Assembly: GCA_965213705.1 (NCBI GenBank)
Contig: OZ243913.1
Coordinates: 3,744,001-3,808,000 of the forward strand
DNA from: Trueperaceae bacterium
GTDB lineage: Bacteria; Deinococcota; Deinococci; Deinococcales; Trueperaceae
Reading direction: 5' to 3'
DNA: 64,000 nucleotides
Part shown: piece after piece, positions 11,886-20,527 of the stretch
How the letters are laid out: each line of letters begins with the position of its first letter
Numbering within the stretch: the first letter of the stretch is position 1
Made by a program: the position numbers and the translations under genes
The notes under the pieces: generated by a model
What the model saw: only the letters and a program-made list of their open reading frames with translations
Database searches by the model: none
Told to the model about the DNA's origin: nothing

Positions 11886-12125
11886 TCATTTCGGGCTTCG
11901 CGGCTCGAGCCCCCGTAACCTCTCCGCCACAAACTCCACTTCCGCCCGCACGGTTTCCCGGTCGAAAGCAAATTTGCGCCCGCCGCTGCGAACAACTCCG
12001 CCGTCGAGCGCGTCGAACCGAGGGTGAGGGCGTCACGATAACAACGCAGGGCCGCCGCTCTGTTTTGAAGCGAGCCGCGCCGAACCTGAACAGTGTCTAA
12101 AAAACCATCACGTACTGAAGATAAT
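11886..12125 (-). pseudogene. C-terminal remnant of an M3 oligoendopeptidase (PepF-like)
   Basis: Manual translation across two frameshifts: VQVRRGSLQNRAAALRCYRDALTLGSTRSTAELFAAAG/KFAFDRETVRAEVEFVAERL. Confidence 0.65.
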
Positions 12126-12211
12126 CAGGCCTTCAGTTCCAACAAGCTTGGCAAAGCATCACTTTCAGTCATCAGTTGATGTAAACTTAATCCATCTTAG
12201 CGAGGTGACCC

Positions 12212-12421
12212 ATGCGTACAACCGTGAACTTAAATGAGGACTTGCTCGGCGAGGCGCAACGGCTGACGGGCATTCAGGAGCGTAACGCCTTGATTCACGC
12301 CGGACTCAAAGTGCTCATCGAACGTGAAAGCGCTAGGCGGCTGGCACGTTTGGGTGGAAGCGAACCGCAGCTCGAGCCCGTCCCCCGACGCCGAACCGAA
12401 CCCGACACCGATGCCCCATAA
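12212..12421 (+). CDS. vapB: VapB-type antitoxin
   Basis: MRTTVNLNEDLL.EAQRLTG..LIERESARRLARLGGSEP; directly upstream of PIN gene. Confidence 0.9.
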   Translation: MRTTVNLNEDLLGEAQRLTGIQERNALIHAGLKVLIERESARRLARLGGSEPQLEPVPRRRTEPDTDAP

Positions 12422-12430
12422 TTACCCAGC

Positions 12431-12793
12431 ATGGTTCTGGTAGACACGTGCGTCTGGATAGACCACCTGCGGCGGGGTGAAGGCGAGTTGGAGACGGCGC
12501 TCGAACTCGAGCAGGTGCTGATGCACCCCTACGTTATCGGCGAACTCGCCTGCGGCAACCTCAGAAATCGGGAGGAGGTTCTTGCCCTTCTTCAAAAGCT
12601 GCCCAGGGCAAATGTTGCTTCCGAAGCCGAGGTGTTGCGTTTTATAGGGCGGCGCAACCTGATGGGCCGGGGCATCGGCTACCTGGATGTTCACCTGCTT
12701 GCATCAGCAGCGCTCACGGAAGCTCAACTCTGGACTCGAGACCGTCGCCTTGCCGCTGCCGCTGGCGAGTTGAACTTAAATCGAGACCTGTAG
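12431..12793 (+). CDS. vapC: VapC PIN-domain toxin
   Basis: VLVDTCVWIDHL..GELACG..DVHLLASA..LWTRD. Confidence 0.9.
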   Translation: MVLVDTCVWIDHLRRGEGELETALELEQVLMHPYVIGELACGNLRNREEVLALLQKLPRANVASEAEVLRFIGRRNLMGRGIGYLDVHLLASAALTEAQLWTRDRRLAAAAGELNLNRDL

Positions 12794-12816
12794 CGTCCAA
12801 AAAGTATCGACTCAGT

Positions 12817-13590
12817 TCAATACTGTCCCAACAACCCCCGGTTCATCGCCCGCCGCTCGGCGAGCTTGTACAGCAAAATCCCAAGCGCGAAGTAAACAAC
12901 CGTGTTGGCGACGAGCAGCGCCCAAGCTGTAGCCGAAAATCCTGCCAGCGTCACGCCTTCGGTCATCGCCGCGCGAATCATGCTTGCGCCGCGCACGACG
13001 GGGAGAGCTTCCAACCACGGCGACAGCGCCACCGGCATCGCCACGAGCGCAAAGAAAATAAACTGCGCGATTTGCAAAAACGCTTGAATCTGCTTGAACA
13101 CCAGCGCCAAACCCGCGACCATAAAACCCACGCCGAGCATACAGACAACCGTGAGGAACAGCAACGGCGCGAGCGTGAGCAAGTCGAAATCGAGCCAAAC
13201 GCCTGCCGTGAGCATGTTGAGGACGAGGACGATGATGATGACGGCGAATTCTACAACCACCCTCCCGACCATGCGCGAGAGCAAAATCTTCCAGGTGCCT
13301 ATTGGCGACATGTAAAGCTGCTCCAAGGTGCCCCGCGTCGCCTCGTTGGTAATCTCCCAGCCGATGCCCTGCATCGCTATGAGCGCCAAGACCCACAGCA
13401 CTATGCTGACGATGAGGTACTCCGAGCTTCCGCCTGTCGTCTCCACCCCGCCGATAACGCGGATGCCGAGGAAAAATAGCAGAAAAATCGCGTAAAAGGT
13501 GATAATTTCACTAATCGTGTTGGGCAAGTAGCGCAGCATTTCGATGCCGACTTTGCGGACGTTGGCCGACAGTACGTTAAGAGACAACAC
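12817..13590 (-). CDS. ABC-2 type exporter permease
   Basis: Six TM helices; EATRGTLEQLYMSP motif. Confidence 0.85.
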   Translation of the reverse strand: MLSLNVLSANVRKVGIEMLRYLPNTISEIITFYAIFLLFFLGIRVIGGVETTGGSSEYLIVSIVLWVLALIAMQGIGWEITNEATRGTLEQLYMSPIGTWKILLSRMVGRVVVEFAVIIIVLVLNMLTAGVWLDFDLLTLAPLLFLTVVCMLGVGFMVAGLALVFKQIQAFLQIAQFIFFALVAMPVALSPWLEALPVVRGASMIRAAMTEGVTLAGFSATAWALLVANTVVYFALGILLYKLAERRAMNRGLLGQY

Positions 13591-14563
13591 GGTTCACCTC
13601 TTGACCATTCATTTCTTCACCGTTCACGATACGCCGGAACACCTGCTCGAAATTGATGGTCGTGCGGTCGATTGACTCGACCGGCGTGCGCGCCTCTTTT
13701 AAGATGTCCATGAGTGTGTATATGTCTTCGTCGTGCTCGAGCGTCACCTTCAGCAGCGGCTTGCCACCTCTGTCCTCCACGGTCACCGCCGGGAACACCT
13801 CCAACTTTTTTGCCTGCGCACCCGTCAGCGCCGCACCGAGGCTCACCTCGTAGGCCCGCGTCTCGAACAGCTTGAGGAGGTTGCCCACCCGGTCGTCTAC
13901 CACAACGCGGCCCGCGTTGATAATCACGGTGCGTTCGCACAGGTCTTGGACAACCGGCATGTCGTGGGTGCTGACGATGATGGTGCGGCCCTCGCGGGCG
14001 ACCTCGCGCAGCAGCTCGCGCACCTCGTAGCCCGTCTCGACGTCCAGCCCGAGGGTGGGCTCGTCGAGCAGGACCAGTTCGGTCCCAGCGAGCATTGCCA
14101 CGGCGATGGCGAGCTTTTGCTGCATCCCGCGCGATAAGTTGTTGACGAGTTCGCCCGCCTTGTCAGCGAGCCGGAACTGGGTTAGAAGTTTGTCGATTTC
14201 AGCCTTGACGCTGCGCCTCGAGCGCCCACGGTTCCCCGCGAAGTAGTCCAGGTTTTCGCGCACGCTCAAGCGCCAATAAAGGTTGCGGTTCCCCTCCAAC
14301 ACCGCGCTGATGTGCCGTAACGCGGCGAGGCGCTGCCGCGTGTTGTCGATGCCGAGAATCTTAACCGTGCCGGCGTCCGGCCGGATGAGGCCGCACATCA
14401 TCTTGATGGTCGTCGTCTTCCCCGCCCCGTTCGGCCCGAGGAGGCCCAAAATTTCGCCGCGCTCGACCCGGAACGACACGCCGTCCACCGCCTTGACGAT
14501 TTCTTTGGACTTGCGCTTTTTGTACGACTTCGCCACCTTGTCGACCTCGACCAGCGTTTCCAC
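13577..14563 (-). CDS. ABC exporter ATP-binding subunit
   Basis: [23 protein letters not shown]. Confidence 0.95.
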   Translation of the reverse strand: METLVEVDKVAKSYKKRKSKEIVKAVDGVSFRVERGEILGLLGPNGAGKTTTIKMMCGLIRPDAGTVKILGIDNTRQRLAALRHISAVLEGNRNLYWRLSVRENLDYFAGNRGRSRRSVKAEIDKLLTQFRLADKAGELVNNLSRGMQQKLAIAVAMLAGTELVLLDEPTLGLDVETGYEVRELLREVAREGRTIIVSTHDMPVVQDLCERTVIINAGRVVVDDRVGNLLKLFETRAYEVSLGAALTGAQAKKLEVFPAVTVEDRGGKPLLKVTLEHDEDIYTLMDILKEARTPVESIDRTTINFEQVFRRIVNGEEMNGQEVNRVVS

Positions 14564-14623
14564 CCGTCACCGCCTTAAAGTTTCCGAGGGCTTGTGTTCA
14601 CGAGTTTCAACTTGCTCCCGTCA

Positions 14624-14809
14624 TTAGACCCGCCGGGCCGAAAGTTCGCCTCCTGCTTTTGGCGTAGCCTCGCGCTCGAGTCCGGCCGCCAGCGTCCGCA
14701 AACTCGCGGCGACCCGAGCGCGCCACGATGTTTTCGGCAAGCTGCGGTACACCTCGGCTTCGCGGTAGTAGCGGCTCAGTTTTTCGTGGGCGGTTTGTTT
14801 GTCGGTCAT
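14624..14809 (-). CDS. Small basic protein (61 aa), related to those at 19638-20001
   Basis: AAGGAG RBS before ATG 14809; RYYREAEVYRSLPKTSWRARVAASLRTLAAGLE. Confidence 0.7.
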   Translation of the reverse strand: MTDKQTAHEKLSRYYREAEVYRSLPKTSWRARVAASLRTLAAGLEREATPKAGGELSARRV

Positions 14810-14894
14810 GTCGTTCTCCTTTGCATTCACAATGCGGGTTCTCTGCTTCAAATAAAAGAGGGGTTTTTGAAGCAGCGGTCGTTTACACTCAGAC

Positions 14895-15554
14895 ATGGAA
14901 AAAGTTCTGACGGTGACCAGCAGCGAAGCGGCGGGCTTGTTGACGGATACCTCTCAGTTGCGACTGCTCGAGCCCTTTTTCAAACGCGAGGCCACCCTGA
15001 GCGAGGTTGCCGCCGAACTGGGTGTCAAACTCAATACGCTGCTTTACCGGGTGAACAGGTTCGTCGAGTTGGGTTTGCTTACCGTCGTGCGCGAAGAGCC
15101 ACGTCGGGGCAAGGCTGTCAAGGTTTACCGGGCCAGCGCCGAGGACTTTTTCGTCCCCTTCGAGGTGATGGCAAGCTCGAGCCTAGAGCAACTTTTATTG
15201 GGTATGTTGGGTGACGTGGAAAAGGTGTTTCACCGCGAAGCGGCCAAGGTTTTTCAAGAAACTTTTCAGACGCAGGGTGTTCACATCATCCTCACGCACG
15301 ACCAGCTTTCGGTCGTGCTCGGTGACTACGAGGGAGGCGAGTCGTTTGCCGAGACTTTTTTCGGTCCCGGCTCACCGGCCCTGTTTATCGGGGACGGCAA
15401 CCTCAACCTCGACTTCGAAACGGCCAAGGCCTTTCAAAAAGACATGTTCGACCTCTTCCAACGCTACCGCACCCGCCAAACGCCCAACGCGCAGCTTTAC
15501 GCTTACCGGCTCGGGTTGACGCCGGTGAGTGACGAGTCGCCTGTAAAGGTGTAA
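14895..15554 (+). CDS. ArsR-like winged-helix transcriptional regulator (leaderless)
   Basis: TLSEVAAELGV..LLYRVNRFVELGLL..KVYRA; divergent from ABC operon; TACACT 5 nt before ATG. Confidence 0.8.
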   Translation: MEKVLTVTSSEAAGLLTDTSQLRLLEPFFKREATLSEVAAELGVKLNTLLYRVNRFVELGLLTVVREEPRRGKAVKVYRASAEDFFVPFEVMASSSLEQLLLGMLGDVEKVFHREAAKVFQETFQTQGVHIILTHDQLSVVLGDYEGGESFAETFFGPGSPALFIGDGNLNLDFETAKAFQKDMFDLFQRYRTRQTPNAQLYAYRLGLTPVSDESPVKV

Positions 15555-15612
15555 GGAAGGCTCGAGCCTCAACCCCCGAGCGCCTCGTACTCAAGCCAAA
15601 AGATTCGGTGAA

Positions 15613-15948
15613 TTAGGGATTCGTGCGAAGCAACTTGATGACGGCTTCCACGACGTCGTTTGTCACCACAGGCTTCAAACTACCCACCTGCGCTGCGATG
15701 AGCTGTTCGTTGGCTGTAAAAAGCTTGCCTGGGCGAGCGTAGCTGGTGCGCTGCAAGCTTCCTCGGCTGAAACTCTTATCCGTCAGGACGACGGCTTCGG
15801 GGTCGGCGTAGGGATTGCTGGTGATTTGGCACAACAGGTAGTCTCCGCGTCCGGCATCCGCCAACACCGCGGCGGGCCGCAGTTTTGAACGGGAAAGGTC
15901 GGAGAACGGAAAGAGGACGAGGACTACGCCTCTTGCAAGTGCTGCCAC
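15613..15948 (-). CDS. PemK/MazF family toxin
   Basis: GVVLVLFPFSDLSRSKLRPA..LCQITSNP. Confidence 0.9.
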   Translation of the reverse strand: MAALARGVVLVLFPFSDLSRSKLRPAAVLADAGRGDYLLCQITSNPYADPEAVVLTDKSFSRGSLQRTSYARPGKLFTANEQLIAAQVGSLKPVVTNDVVEAVIKLLRTNP

Positions 15949-16136
15949 GCCTCGTCTTCCTCGGGACGGTTCCAGTCGGACAGAGCCGCCTCGCTGAGCA
16001 AGGCTGTTTCACCGGCCGCCTCGAGCACAGTATCAACGACAACCACAACCCGGTGTTTGCCCGGCGGCAGCTTGTCGGGCAACTTCACAACCAGCTCGCC
16101 GTCTTCGGAAATCGTGCCGATGGTGTAGGTGGTCAC
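15924..16136 (-). CDS. Antitoxin partner of the MazF-like toxin
   Basis: LLSEAALSDWNRPEEDEAWQHL tail; overlaps toxin start; TAAACT 6 nt before GTG. Confidence 0.8.
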   Translation of the reverse strand: MTTYTIGTISEDGELVVKLPDKLPPGKHRVVVVVDTVLEAAGETALLSEAALSDWNRPEEDEAWQHLQEA

Positions 16137-16197
16137 GAGTTGAGTTTAGCACGCGGGGGTTTGGGGGCTCGAGCCTTTCTGAGTGCGAATACCACCT

Positions 16198-16644
16198 TCA
16201 AATCAACTTCGCCGCCTTCAAGTCGGACGGGTGCAGGGCAGGCAACCCGAGGGCTCGAGTCACCCGCAAAAGGTCTTTATCTTGAGTAATCAAACAGTCC
16301 GCTCCGCTTGTGTAGAGCAAATCCAGCAAGTACCAGTCCTTACGGTCCGGCAAACTGGGCCAGTCGAAAAAGGCCACGGGTGCAGTGTACTCGCCGAGTT
16401 GAAGCAAGTCGACGGCTATCTCGAAGGCCAGAGCAGGTGTCAGGCCCAAGGCGATGATTTTCGGGTAGGTGAGCACAATTTTGAGTTCGCTCAGCATTTC
16501 CTGGCTCAGCACGTAACGGAGTTCGGCGTGGCGGAAGCGCTCGTGCAACTGCCTCAAAATACTCCCCTGTTTGCCCGCCGCACCGTTTAAGATGACGTTC
16601 ACGTCCGCCACCACGCGGGGTAGGGACGACAGGTGAAGCGTCAC
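16198..16644 (-). CDS. PIN-domain putative toxin
   Basis: VVADVNVIL..DRKDWYLL..ADCLITQDKDLL. Confidence 0.85.
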   Translation of the reverse strand: MTLHLSSLPRVVADVNVILNGAAGKQGSILRQLHERFRHAELRYVLSQEMLSELKIVLTYPKIIALGLTPALAFEIAVDLLQLGEYTAPVAFFDWPSLPDRKDWYLLDLLYTSGADCLITQDKDLLRVTRALGLPALHPSDLKAAKLI

Positions 16645-17021
16645 TTTGCAAAGCGACGGGCGATGTCTTCGGGAGACAGGGTTTTGCCACTCAACGCCGG
16701 TTCAGCTTTTTGGTCTTTTGCCCAAACGACCGCTTCGTTTATAAGGGCTTCACGCACCCCATCATCCAAGGGAGCGAACAACGCACCCAAGGCCTCGAGC
16801 CCCGCAGCAATGCCGAACACGGCTCGGGCGTTCTCGGCACCCAGCCAAGCTGCCAAATCCCTTGCCAAAATCCGGTACTGCTTGCGCGCGCCGCCACCCA
16901 ATTCGATAGCGCTCAACTCCCCCGCCGCAATCTTGCGCCGGACGGTTTCAGGAGAAACCCGCAACGCTTCTGCTACCTCGCTGACCGAATAGACAACGGT
17001 GGACAACGCTCGGCTGGTCAT
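16641..17021 (-). CDS. Excisionase-like HTH protein, putative antitoxin
   Basis: YSVSEVAEALRVSPETVRRKIAAGELSA..YRI; GGGAGG RBS; GTGA overlap with PIN gene. Confidence 0.8.
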   Translation of the reverse strand: MTSRALSTVVYSVSEVAEALRVSPETVRRKIAAGELSAIELGGGARKQYRILARDLAAWLGAENARAVFGIAAGLEALGALFAPLDDGVREALINEAVVWAKDQKAEPALSGKTLSPEDIARRFAK

Positions 17022-17078
17022 AAACACTGACCTCCCTAACCTATTATGCCATATTAAGCACACAAACGCTCAAAAACA

Positions 17079-17106
17079 ATGCGGCGGGAGACGTCTCCCG
17101 CCGCAT
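17079..17106 (-). terminator. Terminator-like perfect palindrome
   Basis: ATGCGGCGGGAGACGTCTCCCGCCGCAT (28 bp), T-rich tail on minus strand. Confidence 0.75.
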
Positions 17107-17135
17107 CTCTAAACACTAAATTCTGACGACTGCCT

Positions 17136-19448
17136 TTACTCTGCTTCGTTCAGCGCCCGCCACACCCGCTGCGGCGTCATCGGGATTTCGGTCAGGCGCA
17201 CGCCGACGGCGTCCCGGACCGCGTTGGCGAGGGCCGCCGCGCCCGCGGTGACCGGCGGCTCGCCCACGCCACGGGCTCCAAAGGGACCGTAGGGAGATTT
17301 GTTTTCAACCAGTACCGTTTCGATGTTCGGCACGTCCGCCGCTTTGGGCAGCGCGTACTCCGAGAAACTGCTGGTGAGGGGTTGGCCGTTGTCGGCGTAG
17401 GTCAGCGCCTCGAACAAGCCCATGCCGACGCCCTGCACCACGCCGCCGTGAACCTGCCCTTCGACCATCATCGGGTTGAGGGCGAAACCGACGTCCTGGA
17501 CGGCGACGTACTGTTTCAGCGTCACCGCGCCCGTCTCGCGGTCGACCGCCACTTTGACGAGGTGGGCGACCGTGCCGGGGGCGTTTTCCTGGACGGCGGC
17601 GCGGCCTTCGCCGACGAGCGGCCCGGCCCCGCCCGCCGTGCGCTCGGCCATCGTGGCGAGTTTGGCGAGCGCGACGGCCGAGGTCGGCACGCCCTTGACC
17701 TGCACTTTGCTCTCTTTGAGTTCCAGGTCTTCCAAACGCGCTTCTAAGTGTTCGGCGGCCAGCTCGAGCACCTTGGTGCGCACGTCCTTGGCCGCCTCGG
17801 CGACCGCGCCGGCGACGCTGTAGGTGACCTGCGAGCCGCCGCTGCCGGGGGCGAACGGCCCCATGTCGGTGTCGCCCTGGACGAGTTCTACCTCGTCGGG
17901 CGACACGCCCAACATCTCGGCGGCGACGAGGACGAGGCTGCTGTTGACACCGGAAATGTCCACCGAGCCGACCTGAATCCTCACCGTGCCGTCCGAGTCG
18001 ACGCGGCACAGCGACGCGGCCGGCGACATCGCGGTGGGCCAACTGCCGATGGCGATGCCGACGCCCTCGTTCTCGAGCGTGCTGCGCCCCGTCCAGGCCG
18101 GGTGCTGTTGCAAGTGCTCCAGACACTCTTTCAGACCCAAGCTCGGCCAGGGGGTGCCGTTCGTCATCGGGTCGCCGCCCTGGGCGACGTTTTTGAGGCG
18201 GAAAGCCAGGGGGTCGAGACCCAGGGCTCGAGCCAGCTCGTCGACGCACGACTCCATCGCAAAGGTGGTGTGCGGCGCGCCCGGCGCGCGGTAAGCGCCC
18301 ATCTCGGTTTTGTTGGTGATAACTTCCGTCGAGTCGATGCGCAAGTTCTCGACCCGGTAGTTGCTGCCCAAGAGCAGCGGCCACAAGCCGCCGAACCCAA
18401 AGGCGAACGCGCCCGCGTCGAGCACGGTTTCGGCCTTCAGCGCCGTCAGGGTGCCGTCTTTTTTGGCTCCGAGTTTCAGGGTGATGTGCGAGGCGGGCGC
18501 GGGCGTGGTGGACTGCATGTCCTCCGAGCGGCCCAGCACGAGCCGGACGGGTTTGTTCAGCGTGTAAGCCACCGCCGCCGCGAGCGGTTCGATGGTTCCG
18601 TACTTCGCCCCGAAGCCGCCGCCGACGGTCATCGGCACGACCCGAACGTTGCCGCGTTTCAGCCCGAGAATCCCGGCGACGCTGTTGCGCACACCGAATT
18701 GCCCCTGCGTGCTCGTGTAAACCGTCAGGCTTTCCGCCACCCGGTCAGGGTCGACCACGACCGACTGGGGCTCGAGGTAACCCTGGTAAGCGCTCGCCAG
18801 CCGAAAGGTGTGCTCCACGACCGCGTCGGCGGCTTGGAGCGCCGCCTCCACGTCGCCGCGTTCGTAGGTGCTCGTTTTGTAGACGTTCGAGGGTTTGCCC
18901 TCGGCCTCGTTTTCTTGCTCTTCGACGGCTGCGTGGGTGACGCCCGTTTCCCCGGCTTCGGGCAAGCCGTCCGGCCAGATGACCGGCGCGTCCGGGCTGG
19001 CGGCCTCGCTTAAGTCCGAGACGGCCGAGAGGGGTTCGTAGTCTATCCTCACCCGCGCCGCGCCGTCCTCGGCGGCGGCCTCGGTTTCAGCGACGACGGC
19101 GACTATCGGCTGGCCGACGAACAGCACCCGCTCTTTGGCTAGGACGGCGTCGCTCCGTGAAGTGATGGTGCGCCCGCCCGTCACCAGGTCTGCGGCTGTC
19201 AGCACGGCGACGACGCCCTTGACCGCCTCGGCCTCACTTTTGTCGACGCTGAGAATGTTCGCGTGCGCTTCGGTGCTCAGGACGGGCCGCAGGTGCAACA
19301 GGCCCGGCACGACCACGTCGCCCGCATAGCGCGCCCGGCCCGCGACCTTGCTCAAGCCCTCGAGCAGTTTCCTCGGTTTGCCCAAGTAGGTGTGGTCCTC
19401 CCCATGAGCGTAGGCACTGACCGGTTTCTGTTTTTCCAAGGTCGGCAT
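17136..19448 (-). CDS. Xanthine dehydrogenase/aldehyde oxidoreductase family molybdopterin-binding subunit
   Basis: VGGGFGAK, GAYRAPG, GSGGSQ, EGQVHGG, GARGVGEP. Confidence 0.9.
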   Translation of the reverse strand: MPTLEKQKPVSAYAHGEDHTYLGKPRKLLEGLSKVAGRARYAGDVVVPGLLHLRPVLSTEAHANILSVDKSEAEAVKGVVAVLTAADLVTGGRTITSRSDAVLAKERVLFVGQPIVAVVAETEAAAEDGAARVRIDYEPLSAVSDLSEAASPDAPVIWPDGLPEAGETGVTHAAVEEQENEAEGKPSNVYKTSTYERGDVEAALQAADAVVEHTFRLASAYQGYLEPQSVVVDPDRVAESLTVYTSTQGQFGVRNSVAGILGLKRGNVRVVPMTVGGGFGAKYGTIEPLAAAVAYTLNKPVRLVLGRSEDMQSTTPAPASHITLKLGAKKDGTLTALKAETVLDAGAFAFGFGGLWPLLLGSNYRVENLRIDSTEVITNKTEMGAYRAPGAPHTTFAMESCVDELARALGLDPLAFRLKNVAQGGDPMTNGTPWPSLGLKECLEHLQQHPAWTGRSTLENEGVGIAIGSWPTAMSPAASLCRVDSDGTVRIQVGSVDISGVNSSLVLVAAEMLGVSPDEVELVQGDTDMGPFAPGSGGSQVTYSVAGAVAEAAKDVRTKVLELAAEHLEARLEDLELKESKVQVKGVPTSAVALAKLATMAERTAGGAGPLVGEGRAAVQENAPGTVAHLVKVAVDRETGAVTLKQYVAVQDVGFALNPMMVEGQVHGGVVQGVGMGLFEALTYADNGQPLTSSFSEYALPKAADVPNIETVLVENKSPYGPFGARGVGEPPVTAGAAALANAVRDAVGVRLTEIPMTPQRVWRALNEAE

Positions 19449-19577
19449 AAACCCCTCCTCCGCTAAAGCTGGTCTGAGTTTACGACGAAAAAGGGGAGAA
19501 AGCCCTACCGACCGACACGAGCCGAGAGAAAGCGGTTTCTCAGCGGGTTCGCCGAGCGCTCAGCGACCTTTGTCGGC

Positions 19578-19616
19578 AAAAAAACACCCGCCGCGCTTTG
19601 ACGCTCACGGCGGGTG
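19578..19616 (-). terminator. Intrinsic terminator closing the small-protein cluster
   Basis: CACCCGCCG/CGGCGGGTG stem plus 7 T on minus strand. Confidence 0.85.
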
Positions 19617-19637
19617 GTCGGGTTGTTCGTCGTTCAT

Positions 19638-19829
19638 TCAGCGGACGTTCAGGGTGGCGTCAAGCTTCGGCGCGGGCTCGAGCCGCTCGGCCAAGCGGTG
19701 CAAGCCGGCGGCGAAACGGGCGCGAAAGCTGGGGCGCGAGGCGGCGACCAGGTGGTCGCGCGCGGCCTCTTGCCGGTACTGCTCTACGCGCGCGGCGGCT
19801 TGTCTATAAACGACGTCATGTACGAACAT
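19638..19829 (-). CDS. Small basic protein C (63 aa)
   Basis: MFVHDVVYRQAAARVEQYRQEAARDHL..SFRARFAAGLHRLAERLEP; GAGG RBS; similar to neighbour. Confidence 0.7.
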   Translation of the reverse strand: MFVHDVVYRQAAARVEQYRQEAARDHLVAASRPSFRARFAAGLHRLAERLEPAPKLDATLNVR

Positions 19830-20001
19830 GGCGGCCTCTAGTTTCTCCTCGAACGGCGTCGGGCTCGACGAACTCGGCAACGCTTGTCAAGAAACGGGCG
19901 AAGCTGTGTCTGAGGCTCGGGCTGAGGCGCCTCACCTCGGCTTCTCGGTGGAAGCGGGCAACACGCTCTTCAGCCTGCGCGGCGGTTATTTCGTTGAACA
20001 T
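19816..20001 (-). CDS. Small basic protein B (61 aa)
   Basis: MFNEITAAQAEERVARFHREAEVRRLSPSLRHSFARFLTSVAEFVEP; AAGGAG RBS. Confidence 0.75.
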   Translation of the reverse strand: MFNEITAAQAEERVARFHREAEVRRLSPSLRHSFARFLTSVAEFVEPDAVRGETRGRHVRT

Positions 20002-20054
20002 ACTTTCTCCTTGTGGGCCGAACCGCCGCGCTGCTACGCTGTACATGTGTTCGC

Positions 20055-20195
20055 TCAGCGGTTGGTCCAGTGTTTGAGGTGCTTGGGTTGGCGCTCGACG
20101 TCCGGGTAGGTGGTCACCAGACGGTTTTGCCAGTTGATGCGCCGCAGGTCCGTCATGCGGTCTTTGGCGATTTGCAGGGCAAAGGTGTTTAACAT
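20055..20195 (-). CDS. Small protein A (46 aa), below ORF-track cutoff
   Basis: AGAAAGGAGG RBS; MLNTFALQIAKDRMTDLRRINWQNRLVTTYPDVERQPKHLKHWTNR; GC-rich third codon positions. Confidence 0.7.
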   Translation of the reverse strand: MLNTFALQIAKDRMTDLRRINWQNRLVTTYPDVERQPKHLKHWTNR

Positions 20196-20241
20196 GCTGT
20201 CCTCCTTTCTTTGGCTTGAAAACGGGGTTTAATGGGGCGTT

Positions 20242-20268
20242 AAAAAACCCGGCGTTGTCGGCGCCGGG
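20242..20268 (-). terminator. Candidate attenuator terminator
   Basis: CCCGGCG-CCGACAA-CGCCGGG-TTTTTT, 22 nt after the leader stop and upstream of protein A. Confidence 0.75.
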
Positions 20269-20290
20269 GAGTCGTTGCGGGTTGCAGAGC

Positions 20291-20404
20291 TTAGCGCTCT
20301 AGCTCCCACCAACTGTCCCCTGCAGGCGCAAGGATGTCCGCACTGCAACCGCGAACTGACAAGCGTTCGGTTTGTTGCGATAGGCTTTGCTGCATCGGAG
20401 TCAT
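20291..20404 (-). CDS. Candidate Trp-Trp leader peptide (37 aa)
   Basis: MTPMQQSLSQQTERLSVRGCSADILAPAGDSWWELER; GAGG/AGGT upstream; followed by terminator. Confidence 0.55.
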   Translation of the reverse strand: MTPMQQSLSQQTERLSVRGCSADILAPAGDSWWELER

Positions 20405-20448
20405 CTGCGCACCTGCCTCTCTCGCCCGGGTTGGGCGGTTACTTGATT

Positions 20449-20477
20449 ATGATAGCAGAGATATGCCGAATATTCAA
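20449..20477 (-). promoter_or_regulatory. Sigma70-type promoter for leader/small-protein unit
   Basis: TTGAAT-17 nt-TATCAT with extended -10 TGn. Confidence 0.65.
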
Positions 20478-20527
20478 GTGTATATTCACACGCTATCCGA
20501 ACCTTCTCAGCAGGCTTAAAATGCTCT

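Noticed and set aside
16641..17021. Prophage excisionase
   Set aside because: No integrase or phage genes; coupled to a PIN gene, so a TA role fits better
17136..19448. Aerobic CO dehydrogenase CoxL
   Set aside because: Lacks the AYRCSFR loop and coxM/coxS neighbours
19450..19575. Moco riboswitch upstream of the molybdoenzyme
   Set aside because: Consensus elements not recognisable
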